Shown here piece after piece: positions 9,039 to 18,145 of a DNA stretch of 64,000 bases (positions are counted from its first letter, which is position 1; the number at the start of each line of letters is the position of its first letter). Origin of the DNA: Chloroflexota bacterium (lineage in GTDB: Bacteria; Chloroflexota; Dehalococcoidia; Lucifugimonadales; JADFKI01); contig JAQBUT010000016.1 of assembly GCA_027623195.1 (NCBI GenBank), positions 18,697 through 82,696 on the forward strand, given 5' to 3'. Under the pieces are notes generated by a model. That model ran no database searches. It saw only the letters and a program-made list of their open reading frames with translations, and was not told where the DNA came from. Both the position numbers and the translations under genes were made by a program.

Positions 9039-10118
9039 ATGACCAAACCTTTGCTAAATACACCTGATAAGCAGACTGACAGCCTCCCAGGCCTGTTCCT
9101 AAGGTATAGGGCGGAGATTGGGACTGCGTTACGTCAGGCTATTACCCCTCAGAACTCCTCTAAAGAAGCCATTGCCGTGTATGACATGTTGCGTTACTAC
9201 ATGGGCTGGGCCGACACGGAGGGCAATCCCATTGTGGCCACGGAGGGCAAGTACCTGCGCCCGACCCTTTGTCTTTTCGCATGCCAGGCCACGGGTGGTT
9301 CGATTGAGCAGGCCATGCCGGCGGCAGTGGCGCTCGAGTTGATACACAACTTCTCACTTATTCATGACGACATTCAGGACCAGGACGAGACCCGCCACCA
9401 CCGCAAAACGCTGTGGGCGGTCTGGGGCATTCCCAAAGCTCTGGTCGCCGGAAACGTCCTTAGAGTGGTCGCCGATTTTTCCTTGGAGGAGCTGATCCGA
9501 CGCGGCGTGGACGCAGAGACCGCCCTGGGTGTGGCCAGTCTCCTCACCGAGGCGTATCTGGAGATGATTGAAGGTCAGTACCTGGACCTTTCTTTTGAGG
9601 GCCAGTCCGACCTGGGCATGCAGGACTACCTGGGCATGATCGCTCGTAAGACCGGAGCGCTGATCAGGTGCGCATTCACCATGGGCGCCCTCATTGGTTC
9701 GGGCGACAAGGCAACGGCAAACGCCTTCCGATCCAGCGGAGAGGCTCTGGGCTTCATCTTTCAGGTCCGAGACGACGTTTTGGGCGTCTGGGGTGACGAG
9801 AAGACTACAGGCAAACCTGTAGGCGCTGACATCAGAAGAAAGAAAAATTCCTTTCCGGTCGTCCATGCTATGTCTCAAGCCAAGGGCGCTGAAAAGCAAT
9901 CGCTTCTGGACATCTACAGGCAAGACGAGGTCGCCGAGGGAGATGTTGGCCGGGTGTTGGAGATAATGGATCGAGCGGAAACTCGCGGATGCGCCCACGA
10001 AATGGCGATGGAGCATGGCCAGGACGCGTCAGATGCTTTGGAGTCGGTGGAGCTTGAACCCAGTGCCCGAGCAGAAATTGAGGAGCTAATCCAGTTCTTA
10101 GTGGTGAGAGAACACTGA
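9039..10118 (+). CDS. short-chain polyprenyl diphosphate synthase (IdsA/GGPP synthase type)
   Basis: GKYLRP, FARM HNFSLIHDDIQD..RHHR with aromatic residue at -5, GQYLD, KTG, second motif FQVRDD. Confidence 0.9.
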   Translation: MTKPLLNTPDKQTDSLPGLFLRYRAEIGTALRQAITPQNSSKEAIAVYDMLRYYMGWADTEGNPIVATEGKYLRPTLCLFACQATGGSIEQAMPAAVALELIHNFSLIHDDIQDQDETRHHRKTLWAVWGIPKALVAGNVLRVVADFSLEELIRRGVDAETALGVASLLTEAYLEMIEGQYLDLSFEGQSDLGMQDYLGMIARKTGALIRCAFTMGALIGSGDKATANAFRSSGEALGFIFQVRDDVLGVWGDEKTTGKPVGADIRRKKNSFPVVHAMSQAKGAEKQSLLDIYRQDEVAEGDVGRVLEIMDRAETRGCAHEMAMEHGQDASDALESVELEPSARAEIEELIQFLVVREH

Positions 10119-10146
10119 TGGTTATCAGGTCAAGATTTGGGAGTGC

Positions 10147-11178
10147 GTGATGGGTAGACCTTTGGAACTAGCATTTAAAACCGGTTGGTACATTGTCAAG
10201 AATAAGATGATGGGAAGGAAACGCTTCCCCCTGGTTACGATGCTTGAGCCTTTGGAGAAGTGTAACCTCGCTTGCCTAGGCTGCGGTCGTATCCGCGAGT
10301 ACGAACGCGTGCTAGACCGAACGCTCTCCGTAGAACACTGCCTGGCGGCAGTGGAGGAATCAGGCGCGCCAATCGTGTCCATCGCCGGCGGAGAGCCGTC
10401 TCTACACCCGCAGATAGACGAGATCGTGAAGGCCATCACGGCGAAGAAGAAGTTTGTATTCATGTGCACCAATGCCCTTTTAATGGAGCGCATGATGAAG
10501 AAGATTCCCCCGTCCAAGTACTTTTGCTTCGTCGTTCACATGGACGGGATGGAAGAGGCCCACGATAAGTCTGTATATCGTAAAGGCGTTTTCCAGATCG
10601 CCATGCGCGGAATACGCAAGGCGCTGGACGAGGGCTACCGTGTGACCACGAATACCACTGTATTCAACGGCGTTGACGAAGAAGACCTCGTAACGATGTT
10701 CAAGATGCTCACGGACATGGGCATAGAGGGCTGCATGGTTTCTCCGGGTTACCAGTTCGACACGGTGCCTAATCAGAACCTGTTCATCTCCAGGCAGAAT
10801 GCACGTAAGGTTTTCAGGAACATCCTGGACCCAGCGCGAAACATCCGCTTCTACAACAACCCTCTTTATTTGGATTTCTTGAGAGGGGATCGGGAATATC
10901 AGTGCACCGCCTGGTCCAATCCTACGTATACAGTATTGGGTTGGCGCGAACCCTGCTACCTGCTGGGCGACCGACACACCCAGGACATCAACGACCTGTT
11001 CAGCGAGGAGATGTGGTCGGAGCGTTACGGAGTTGGTAACGACTCTCGCTGCGACAACTGCCTCATGCACTGCGGATTTGAATCTGCGTCGATTTTCGGC
11101 ACCTTCGAAAGGCCAGCCGATGCGCTTCGTCTTCTGAAAAAGGGCGCGTTGCAAAACAGCGGTATCGGAACGGCTTAG
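10147..11178 (+). CDS. hpnH: adenosyl-hopene transferase (radical SAM)
   Basis: FPLVTMLEPLEKCNLACLGCGRI (CxxxCxxC), SIAGGEP, C-terminal CDNCLMHCGFE; next to shc. Confidence 0.92.
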   Translation: MMGRPLELAFKTGWYIVKNKMMGRKRFPLVTMLEPLEKCNLACLGCGRIREYERVLDRTLSVEHCLAAVEESGAPIVSIAGGEPSLHPQIDEIVKAITAKKKFVFMCTNALLMERMMKKIPPSKYFCFVVHMDGMEEAHDKSVYRKGVFQIAMRGIRKALDEGYRVTTNTTVFNGVDEEDLVTMFKMLTDMGIEGCMVSPGYQFDTVPNQNLFISRQNARKVFRNILDPARNIRFYNNPLYLDFLRGDREYQCTAWSNPTYTVLGWREPCYLLGDRHTQDINDLFSEEMWSERYGVGNDSRCDNCLMHCGFESASIFGTFERPADALRLLKKGALQNSGIGTA

Positions 11179-11205
11179 GCCGAGAAATCAACTGAGTACA
11201 GGGGC

Positions 11206-11985
11206 ATGCTGGCAATACTTGTAGCGTTCGAGCGAGAGATTAAGGACTACCTGCGTGCAGGGCAGTTCAGGTTGGTAGAGAAGGAAGACGCCTTTCGGTT
11301 TTACCTGTCGCCTGTTTGCCGGGACGTGGTCGTCGTGGAAGGCGGCTTTGGTCCCCAAATGTCGCGGGACGCCGTAAGACTAGTGGCAGACAAGTACCCG
11401 CCAGACCTCCTGGTGTCAGCCGGATATGCCGCTGGCTCAAGGCCGGATATGGTCACGGGCGAGGTTGTCGTCTGCAGTCGGCTACAAAGCCTGACTGGCG
11501 AAGCAGCGTATTGGAACGTGGATACGATTCTCGGAAAATCTGTTCCGGAATCAGTGCTGCCTTACGACCAGTGGAACGACATTGAGGTACGTTGGGGCTC
11601 CTGCTTAACAATGCCCTACCTGGTGTCGGGCAGCTCTATGAAGGAGTGGTTGGGTCGAACCTTCGCGACCGACGTTATAGATATGGAAAGCTACTGGGTA
11701 AGCGAGGCCGCTGAAGAACTTGGCATACCGCATATTATCTTGCGCGCCGTTTTTGACCCCATGGGGCAAACGCTGCCTTCGTTCGTCGCCAAGTCGCTTG
11801 ATGGCTCGGCTGTCCAGACGGCATTAAGGGCTGCATCATATATGGCCTCCCATCCGACATCGATAAAACGCACCATTGCTCTATTAACCCAGTCCAGGCA
11901 GGCAACAGCGTCGCTCAGCCGATTCCTGTTGAATCTGACCCCAGATGGCGCCCAGGCCTTAAACCTAGCGTTGGGCGCAAGGTGA
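11206..11985 (+). CDS. hpnG: hopanoid-associated nucleoside phosphorylase (PNP/UDP family)
   Basis: SAGYAAG, IDMES, ILRAVFDP; lies between hpnH and shc. Confidence 0.75.
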   Translation: MLAILVAFEREIKDYLRAGQFRLVEKEDAFRFYLSPVCRDVVVVEGGFGPQMSRDAVRLVADKYPPDLLVSAGYAAGSRPDMVTGEVVVCSRLQSLTGEAAYWNVDTILGKSVPESVLPYDQWNDIEVRWGSCLTMPYLVSGSSMKEWLGRTFATDVIDMESYWVSEAAEELGIPHIILRAVFDPMGQTLPSFVAKSLDGSAVQTALRAASYMASHPTSIKRTIALLTQSRQATASLSRFLLNLTPDGAQALNLALGAR

Positions 11986-11993
11986 AATAAGTC

Positions 11994-14096
11994 ATGGACA
12001 CTTTGTCCACCGGTAATTTAGTGGAGCAAACATCTCATCTGGACAAATCTATCCAGATGAGCCATGACTACTTGCTTAACGCCCAATACGCGGAGGGCTA
12101 CTGGTGGGGTGAACTTGAGTCAAACCCGACCATGGAAGCCGAGTTCATACTGCTGAACTATTTTCTGGGCATCAGGGACGAGGGGCGCAACCGGAAACTG
12201 GTCAACCGCATTCTGGGCCAGCAGCGCGACGATGGGACGTGGGGTCAGTACTACGGTTCGCCAGGCGACCTAAGTACGTCGGCCGAATGTTACTTTGCGC
12301 TGAAGCTGTCCGGCATTTCCGCCGATGAGCCAAATATGGTGAAAGCCAGGGATTTCATTCTGTCCAAGGGTGGTATGCCGAACGCAAGGGTCTTTACGAA
12401 GATATGGTTCTCTCTGTTTGGCCAGTGGGACTGGAAGGGCGTTCCGGTGATGCCGCCGGAGTTGATGCTGATTCCAGACTGGTTCCCACTTAATCTTTAT
12501 GACTTCTCCAGTTGGGCAAGGGCGACAGTTGTGCCTCTGCTTGTGCTGATGGACCGGAAGCCTGTTCGGAAGATACCAGACGAGGCCTGCGTCGACGAGC
12601 TATACATTCGTTCGCGAAAGGATACCGCCTACGCCATAAAGCGGCCATCCAAGCTGATCGGGTGGGAATCGCTTTTCTATGCCAACGACGTTGTGCTTCG
12701 ACAGTTAGAACGACTGCCGTGGATACCGACTCGCGGCCAGGCGGTGCGCCGTGCTGAACGCTGGATCTTAGATCATCAGGAAGAGGATGGCAGTTGGGGG
12801 GGTATACAGCCGCCCTGGGTATATTCCCTGATGGCCCTTCACGAGCTGGGCTACGGCCTGGATCATCCTGCCATAAAAAAGGGACTAGAGGGGTTCGAGG
12901 CCTTTGTTATTGAGGAAGACGACACTCTAAGAGTGCAGGCATGCGTCTCGCCCCTGTGGGACACTTGCCTGACGATGATAGCGCTGCTGGACTCCGGCTT
13001 AAGGCCGGACCACCCGTCCCTGGCAAAAGCGGGCAGCTTCCTCGTGAAAAAGCAGGTTTTGAACGGTGGCGACTGGCAGGTGAGAGCCAAGGGTACGCCT
13101 CCCGGAGGATGGGCCTTCGAGTTCGCCAACGATAGCTACCCGGACCTTGACGACACGGCGGAAGTGGTAATGGCGTTGAATAAGGTGAACCTCGACGCCT
13201 ACGAAGGCGAAAAACAAGAGGCTATTGAACGGGCATTACAGTGGCTTATGGGCATGCAGAGTTCCAACGGCGGCTGGGCCTCCTTCGACAAGGACAATTC
13301 CAAGGGGCTCATTTCCAAGATTCCGTTTTCTGATTTCGGCGAGACTATCGACCCGCCCAGCGTTGATGTTACTGCTCATATCCTGGAAATGTTGGGCCAA
13401 TTGGGTTTCTCCGATGACATACCTGTCGTCCAGAAAGCGTTGGCTTTTATCACAAATGATCAGGAGCTTGATGGTGCTTGGTTTGGTAGGTGGGGGGTTA
13501 ACTACATATACGGTATTGGGGCAGTATTGCCTGCCTTAGAGGCATTGGGCATCGATATGAAACAGAATTTCGTTCATAAAGCCGTCCATTGGGTCATCGA
13601 ACACCAGAACGAAGATGGTGGATGGGGAGAAAGCTGTTCTTCTTACGTGGACTCAGCGTCACGAGGACGAGGTCCCAGCACTGCTTCTCAAACGGCCTGG
13701 GCGCTAATGGCGCTTATCGCCGCTGGAAAAAGCGAGCATCCGTCTACGTTAAATGGAGTGGACTACCTGTTGAGAACACAAGTGTCTGACGGCACTTGGG
13801 ACGAGCCCTACTTTACAGGAACAGGCTTCCCTGGCTATGGTATCGGCCAGCGTTTGCCCGACTATTTGAACCCGGAGGACCCTGGATATCAAGGTGAAGA
13901 ACTCTCGGCGGGCTTCATGATCAAATATCACATGTATCGTATCTACTGGCCTTTGACGGCGTTGGGACGATATAGAAGCCATATGAATGGCGAGAGGCGT
14001 ATCATTAGTCGTAGTCGCGGGGTGGCTATTGCGGGGAAAAACCGGGTTGAAAAACCTAGACGAAAAAGATTGAAACAACTTATACCGATGTGGTAA
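11994..14096 (+). CDS. shc: squalene-hopene cyclase
   Basis: Catalytic YPDLDDTA, several QxxxGxW repeats, GRWGVNYIYG, STASQTAWA, GTGFP. Confidence 0.97.
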   Translation: MDTLSTGNLVEQTSHLDKSIQMSHDYLLNAQYAEGYWWGELESNPTMEAEFILLNYFLGIRDEGRNRKLVNRILGQQRDDGTWGQYYGSPGDLSTSAECYFALKLSGISADEPNMVKARDFILSKGGMPNARVFTKIWFSLFGQWDWKGVPVMPPELMLIPDWFPLNLYDFSSWARATVVPLLVLMDRKPVRKIPDEACVDELYIRSRKDTAYAIKRPSKLIGWESLFYANDVVLRQLERLPWIPTRGQAVRRAERWILDHQEEDGSWGGIQPPWVYSLMALHELGYGLDHPAIKKGLEGFEAFVIEEDDTLRVQACVSPLWDTCLTMIALLDSGLRPDHPSLAKAGSFLVKKQVLNGGDWQVRAKGTPPGGWAFEFANDSYPDLDDTAEVVMALNKVNLDAYEGEKQEAIERALQWLMGMQSSNGGWASFDKDNSKGLISKIPFSDFGETIDPPSVDVTAHILEMLGQLGFSDDIPVVQKALAFITNDQELDGAWFGRWGVNYIYGIGAVLPALEALGIDMKQNFVHKAVHWVIEHQNEDGGWGESCSSYVDSASRGRGPSTASQTAWALMALIAAGKSEHPSTLNGVDYLLRTQVSDGTWDEPYFTGTGFPGYGIGQRLPDYLNPEDPGYQGEELSAGFMIKYHMYRIYWPLTALGRYRSHMNGERRIISRSRGVAIAGKNRVEKPRRKRLKQLIPMW

Positions 14097-14141
14097 ATTT
14101 CACGTTGACTGTCCTTCAAAGGTTGACGGGAGAGGTTCAAA

Positions 14142-14618
14142 ATGAAGGTTCTACAAGAGGCATCATTCAAGACCTGTATATTCACACTCGAAGTGGATGT
14201 TAGGTCTGCGGGCATGCCGGAGTTTTTCGATATCACCGACGAGGTGCAAGAATTCGTTAAGCAGTCACAGGTGCAGAACGGATTTGCGGTAGTGTTCTCG
14301 AAACATACTACGGCAGCTATTGTGTTGCAGGAAAACGAACCCCTCCTGTTGCAAGACATGGCCAGCGCAATCGAGAGATTCGCCCCAAGAAACCAGCACT
14401 ACAGGCACAACGACTTCGAGGTTCGTACCGTGCACATGCACGAGGACGAGTGCCCCAACGGCCACTCGCACTGCCAGCACCTGATTTTAGGCGCTAGCGA
14501 GAACGTGCCCGTGGTGGATGGCAAACTCACGCTTGGCGAGTTCCAGCGGATATTCATGGTTGAGTTGGATGATCAGAGGGAATTTCGTCAGGTCTTGATT
14601 CAGGTAATGGGCGCCTAA
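14142..14618 (+). CDS. YjbQ/UPF0047 family protein
   Basis: DITDEV, HTTAAI..QENEP, NGHSH, LGEFQRIFMVELD. Confidence 0.9.
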   Translation: MKVLQEASFKTCIFTLEVDVRSAGMPEFFDITDEVQEFVKQSQVQNGFAVVFSKHTTAAIVLQENEPLLLQDMASAIERFAPRNQHYRHNDFEVRTVHMHEDECPNGHSHCQHLILGASENVPVVDGKLTLGEFQRIFMVELDDQREFRQVLIQVMGA

Positions 14619-14716
14619 TTCGCCCCTGGCAACAAATGTAATTACGGGCCCGTTAATTCCCCGTTGATTCTTTGTAAACGCAGTCCCCGTCTAATGCGGG
14701 AGACTCGGGGGGCGAT

Positions 14717-15601
14717 ATGGGCAATGAAGTAGAACAGGCCTACGACCACTGCCAGCAAATAGCCAAAGAACACGCTCGCAATTTCTATTACGCCTTCCGC
14801 ACCTTGCCCGCCAGGAAGCGTAGGGCTATCTATGCGGCGTATGCATTTTGTCGGCTTTGTGACGATATCTCTGACGAAGACCTTCCTCCCGGTGAAAAGG
14901 ACCGCCAATTCGCGGAAACTCGCCGACATCTGGCGGACTCCCGCGATGGCAGCGCCACCGAACCCGTCTTCCGCGCCATAAGCGACGCCTCCCACGCCTT
15001 TCATATCCCCTTCGATTATTACGAAGAGGTTATCGAGGGAGTGGAGATGGACCTGACCAAGACCCGCTTCGCAAATTTCGATGAGCTAAAAGAGTACTGC
15101 TACAAGGTCGCCTCTGTGGTGGGTCTCATCTGTATCGAGGTCTTCGGCTACGACGATGCTCAGGCCCGGGAATATGCGGTAGACATGGGCTTGGCGATGC
15201 AGCTCACCAACATTCTTCGGGACGTTAAAGAGGACGCGGAGCGCGACCGCATTTACCTGCCGCAGGACGATATGGCCCGTTTCGGTTACACGGAGCAGGA
15301 CCTCATGAACGGCGTTGTTAATGATTCTTTTCGAGCACTGATGGAATTCGAGGTTGGCCGCGCCAGGTCGTATTACGACAAGTCTCGGAAGCTCTTCCCG
15401 CTGATTCATCCGGAGGCCAGGGTGTGTCCAAGCTTATTGCACGCCACGTATAGTAGGGTCCTTGACCGTATTGAGTCCTCCGGCTATAACGTTTTCGAGA
15501 GGCGCATCGGTCTTAGCAAACCGACGAAGCTTCTTCTGGTGGCGAAACTCTGGGCAGGCACGCTACTTCCCTCCGTGCCAAAACCTTCGCTCAAGAGGTA
15601 G
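14717..15601 (+). CDS. hpnD: squalene/phytoene synthase family (presqualene diphosphate synthase HpnD-like)
   Basis: NFYYAF..LP, YAFCRLCDDISD, YCYKVASVVG, QLTNILRDVKED. Confidence 0.75.
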   Translation: MGNEVEQAYDHCQQIAKEHARNFYYAFRTLPARKRRAIYAAYAFCRLCDDISDEDLPPGEKDRQFAETRRHLADSRDGSATEPVFRAISDASHAFHIPFDYYEEVIEGVEMDLTKTRFANFDELKEYCYKVASVVGLICIEVFGYDDAQAREYAVDMGLAMQLTNILRDVKEDAERDRIYLPQDDMARFGYTEQDLMNGVVNDSFRALMEFEVGRARSYYDKSRKLFPLIHPEARVCPSLLHATYSRVLDRIESSGYNVFERRIGLSKPTKLLLVAKLWAGTLLPSVPKPSLKR

Positions 15602-15617
15602 GCGGCGCGCCACACGA

Positions 15618-16613
15618 ATGTCCACCGACCACGCCCTGATCCTCGCGCCCTTTAGCGACAGCCAGCTTGCCCGATTGCGTCAAGAAATTCACGTCGCACA
15701 CGAAAGCTGGATGAAGACTAGAAAGCTCTACGACCCCGACGAGTTGGCGCAACGCCTTTTGAAGGACGGCTCTTCAATTCTCGTGATCGAGTCGGACTTT
15801 GCCTTCGAGGAGACCTTCGCACAGGTGCCCGGTCTCAAGTTCGTCGGCATTTGTAGGGCGGCAACAAATCATGTCGATCTTGAGGCGGCCTCTGAAAAAG
15901 GCATAGTCGTCGTTAACACACCGGGACGCAATGCACGCGCCGTAGCCGAGCACACGTTAGGTCTCATGCTGGCGTTGGCACGGAAGATTCCTCAATCGCA
16001 TAACTACGTCAAAGAAGGCTCGTGGCAGGACCCAACGGAGCCTTACACCACCCTTCGCGGCATAGAGTTGCAGGGACGCGCGGTCGGTGTGATTGGTCTG
16101 GGCGCCATAGGCCTCATGGTTGCAGAGATATGTCACGCGCTGGGGATGGAGGTGCTGGGCTACGACCCCTACGCCGACCCCAATGTCTCCTACATAAAAC
16201 AGGTGGAGTTGGATGAGCTTCTCAAGCAGGCTGACTTCATCGATGTGCATGTGCCGTTGACGCCGCAGACCCTGGGTACGTTGAATGCCGAACGGTTGGC
16301 TTTGGTGAAGCCGACAGCATATGTAATAAGCGCCTCCGACGCAGCGGTCTTCGAAGGGAAGGCATTGGCAGACGCTCTTATTGAAAAGCGCATAGCCGGC
16401 GCCGCTCTGGACGTCTTTGAGTCGCACCCTGTTTCGCCGCAGAACCCGTTGCTTGCGCTCGATAACGTAGTCCTCACCCCCCACATCGGAGGAGCCACCG
16501 AGGAGACAGTGGAGCGTCATTCCCGCATGATGACCGATGACATTCTGCGGTTCGTAAACGGCCAGAGCCCCCTTAACCTCGTGAACCCTGACGCCTGGCA
16601 GAACAGGACGTGA
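15618..16613 (+). CDS. D-isomer-specific 2-hydroxyacid dehydrogenase family protein with atypical active site
   Basis: NTPGRNARAVAE, GVIGLGAIG, HVPLT, TPHIGG. Start set at ATG 15618, 16 bp after hpnD. Confidence 0.88.
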   Translation: MSTDHALILAPFSDSQLARLRQEIHVAHESWMKTRKLYDPDELAQRLLKDGSSILVIESDFAFEETFAQVPGLKFVGICRAATNHVDLEAASEKGIVVVNTPGRNARAVAEHTLGLMLALARKIPQSHNYVKEGSWQDPTEPYTTLRGIELQGRAVGVIGLGAIGLMVAEICHALGMEVLGYDPYADPNVSYIKQVELDELLKQADFIDVHVPLTPQTLGTLNAERLALVKPTAYVISASDAAVFEGKALADALIEKRIAGAALDVFESHPVSPQNPLLALDNVVLTPHIGGATEETVERHSRMMTDDILRFVNGQSPLNLVNPDAWQNRT

Positions 16614-16617
16614 TGGC

Positions 16618-18126
16618 ATGATTAAGGGACCTGTTCTGGTAATAGACGCCGGCTCTAGCAGGCTGCGCTGCCACATTTTCGATGGTGAGGGCACAATAGT
16701 AGCCTCGTCTGCCACGGAATGGGCGTATCTGGAAGAGCCAGACGCTCCATCTATGGCCAGGTCATTCGACCCACAACAGTTGTGGGACGGTATTTGCCTG
16801 GCAATTCGCCAGTGTGCTGCCGATGCCCCGACCAGCCTCGGAGTCGTGTCATGCATCGCGGTGACCAGTCAACGCCAGGGTGTCGTATTTCTGGACGCAG
16901 CCGGTAACGAAATCTACGCCGGACCGAACATGGACCTGCGAGCGGTCTTTGAAGGCGCGGCCATAGATGAGGAATTTCGGGAGCATGTCTACGGAGTAAC
17001 GGGACATCTGCCCTCATTCTTTTTCACGCCTGCCAAGCTGCGTTGGTTCCAGCAACAGCGGCCGAAAGCCTATGGTAGAATAGCCACCGTTTTGACTTTG
17101 GCCGACTGGTTGGCGTGGCGGCTTACAGGCGTCGTCGCCAACGAAGTTACTCTGGCTGGCGAGGCCGGACTGCTGGATATCGGCAGTCGACAATGGTGCA
17201 ACGGTCTGCTGCGGGAACTCGAACTGCCTGAACGGACCGGTCCTCTGGTGAAGTCCGGTGTTGTAGCCGGCAACGTATCTGGTCACGCTGCCAGCGCGAC
17301 TGGCCTTGCAGTGGGAGTTCCCGTCACGATTGCAGGCGCGGACACCCAGTGTGGACTTCTAGGCATGGGCGTAGCGGAAACAGGTCACGTTGGCGTCGTG
17401 GCAGGCTGGAGCGCACCGGTACAGATGGTGACGGCTCAGCCGAAGCTTTCACCGGAGATGCGCACTTGGGCGGGATGCCATGTGCTCGACGACGGCTGGG
17501 TGGCGGAAAGTTCGGCCGGAGATACCGGAAACGCTTACCAGTGGCTGGCGGACACGGTTTACGGCGACAGGAGTGATCCTTTCGCTGATATGGCGATTGA
17601 CGCTTCCTTCAGCGGTTCGGGGGCGAACGGAGCAGTAGCATTCATGGGAAACGGAGCAATGGACATGGGATCTGTTGGGATGACCTACGGCGGGCTCATG
17701 TTTCCAGTGCCTCTTAATGCGGCGACTGGTAAGATTCAGCGGAAAGACCTGGCGCGGGCTGCGTTGGAATCCACCGCCTACGCCATAAGAGCCAACATAG
17801 AGCAGTTGGAGGCCGTGACTGGTCAGAGTGCGATGTCCATCTCGCTGGGTGGCGGCATGACACGGACCGCCGCCTTCCCTAAAATACTTGTTGATGTACT
17901 GGGGCGGGATGTTCTTCTGTCGTCTCTTCCGGACGCAACGGCGATTGGTACATTCTTGTGCGCCAAAACAGTCTTGGGCGACTTCCGAGACCTGAGGGAG
18001 GCTGCCGCGCATGCCAGGTCAGACATGCGGCTACTGCAGCCAGACGCACGCAACGCGGCCCAGTACGAAGAGTATTACAAGGGTTGGATACGACTGTCTG
18101 AATCTCTCCGAAACATAGAACTTTAG
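16618..18126 (+). CDS. FGGY-family carbohydrate kinase, LsrK-like
   Basis: IDAGSS, TSQRQG, DLRA, KLRW, GADTQCG, RAALES, GGG. Confidence 0.88.
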   Translation: MIKGPVLVIDAGSSRLRCHIFDGEGTIVASSATEWAYLEEPDAPSMARSFDPQQLWDGICLAIRQCAADAPTSLGVVSCIAVTSQRQGVVFLDAAGNEIYAGPNMDLRAVFEGAAIDEEFREHVYGVTGHLPSFFFTPAKLRWFQQQRPKAYGRIATVLTLADWLAWRLTGVVANEVTLAGEAGLLDIGSRQWCNGLLRELELPERTGPLVKSGVVAGNVSGHAASATGLAVGVPVTIAGADTQCGLLGMGVAETGHVGVVAGWSAPVQMVTAQPKLSPEMRTWAGCHVLDDGWVAESSAGDTGNAYQWLADTVYGDRSDPFADMAIDASFSGSGANGAVAFMGNGAMDMGSVGMTYGGLMFPVPLNAATGKIQRKDLARAALESTAYAIRANIEQLEAVTGQSAMSISLGGGMTRTAAFPKILVDVLGRDVLLSSLPDATAIGTFLCAKTVLGDFRDLREAAAHARSDMRLLQPDARNAAQYEEYYKGWIRLSESLRNIEL

Positions 18127-18145
18127 CAAGGGCGACTCCAGAAAT

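Noticed and set aside
8777..9046. N-terminal extension of the nuoA ORF to 9046
   Set aside because: Runs through both predicted promoters and overlaps the divergent gene; NuoA similarity starts at ATG 8776
14717..15601. Carotenoid (crtE/crtB) cluster
   Set aside because: No desaturase or carotenoid cyclase nearby; shc/hpnH/hpnG context favours HpnD, although CrtB activity is not excluded
16618..18126. Complete AI-2 (lsr) quorum-sensing locus
   Set aside because: No LsrR, LsrABCD, LsrF, LsrG or LuxS in the window
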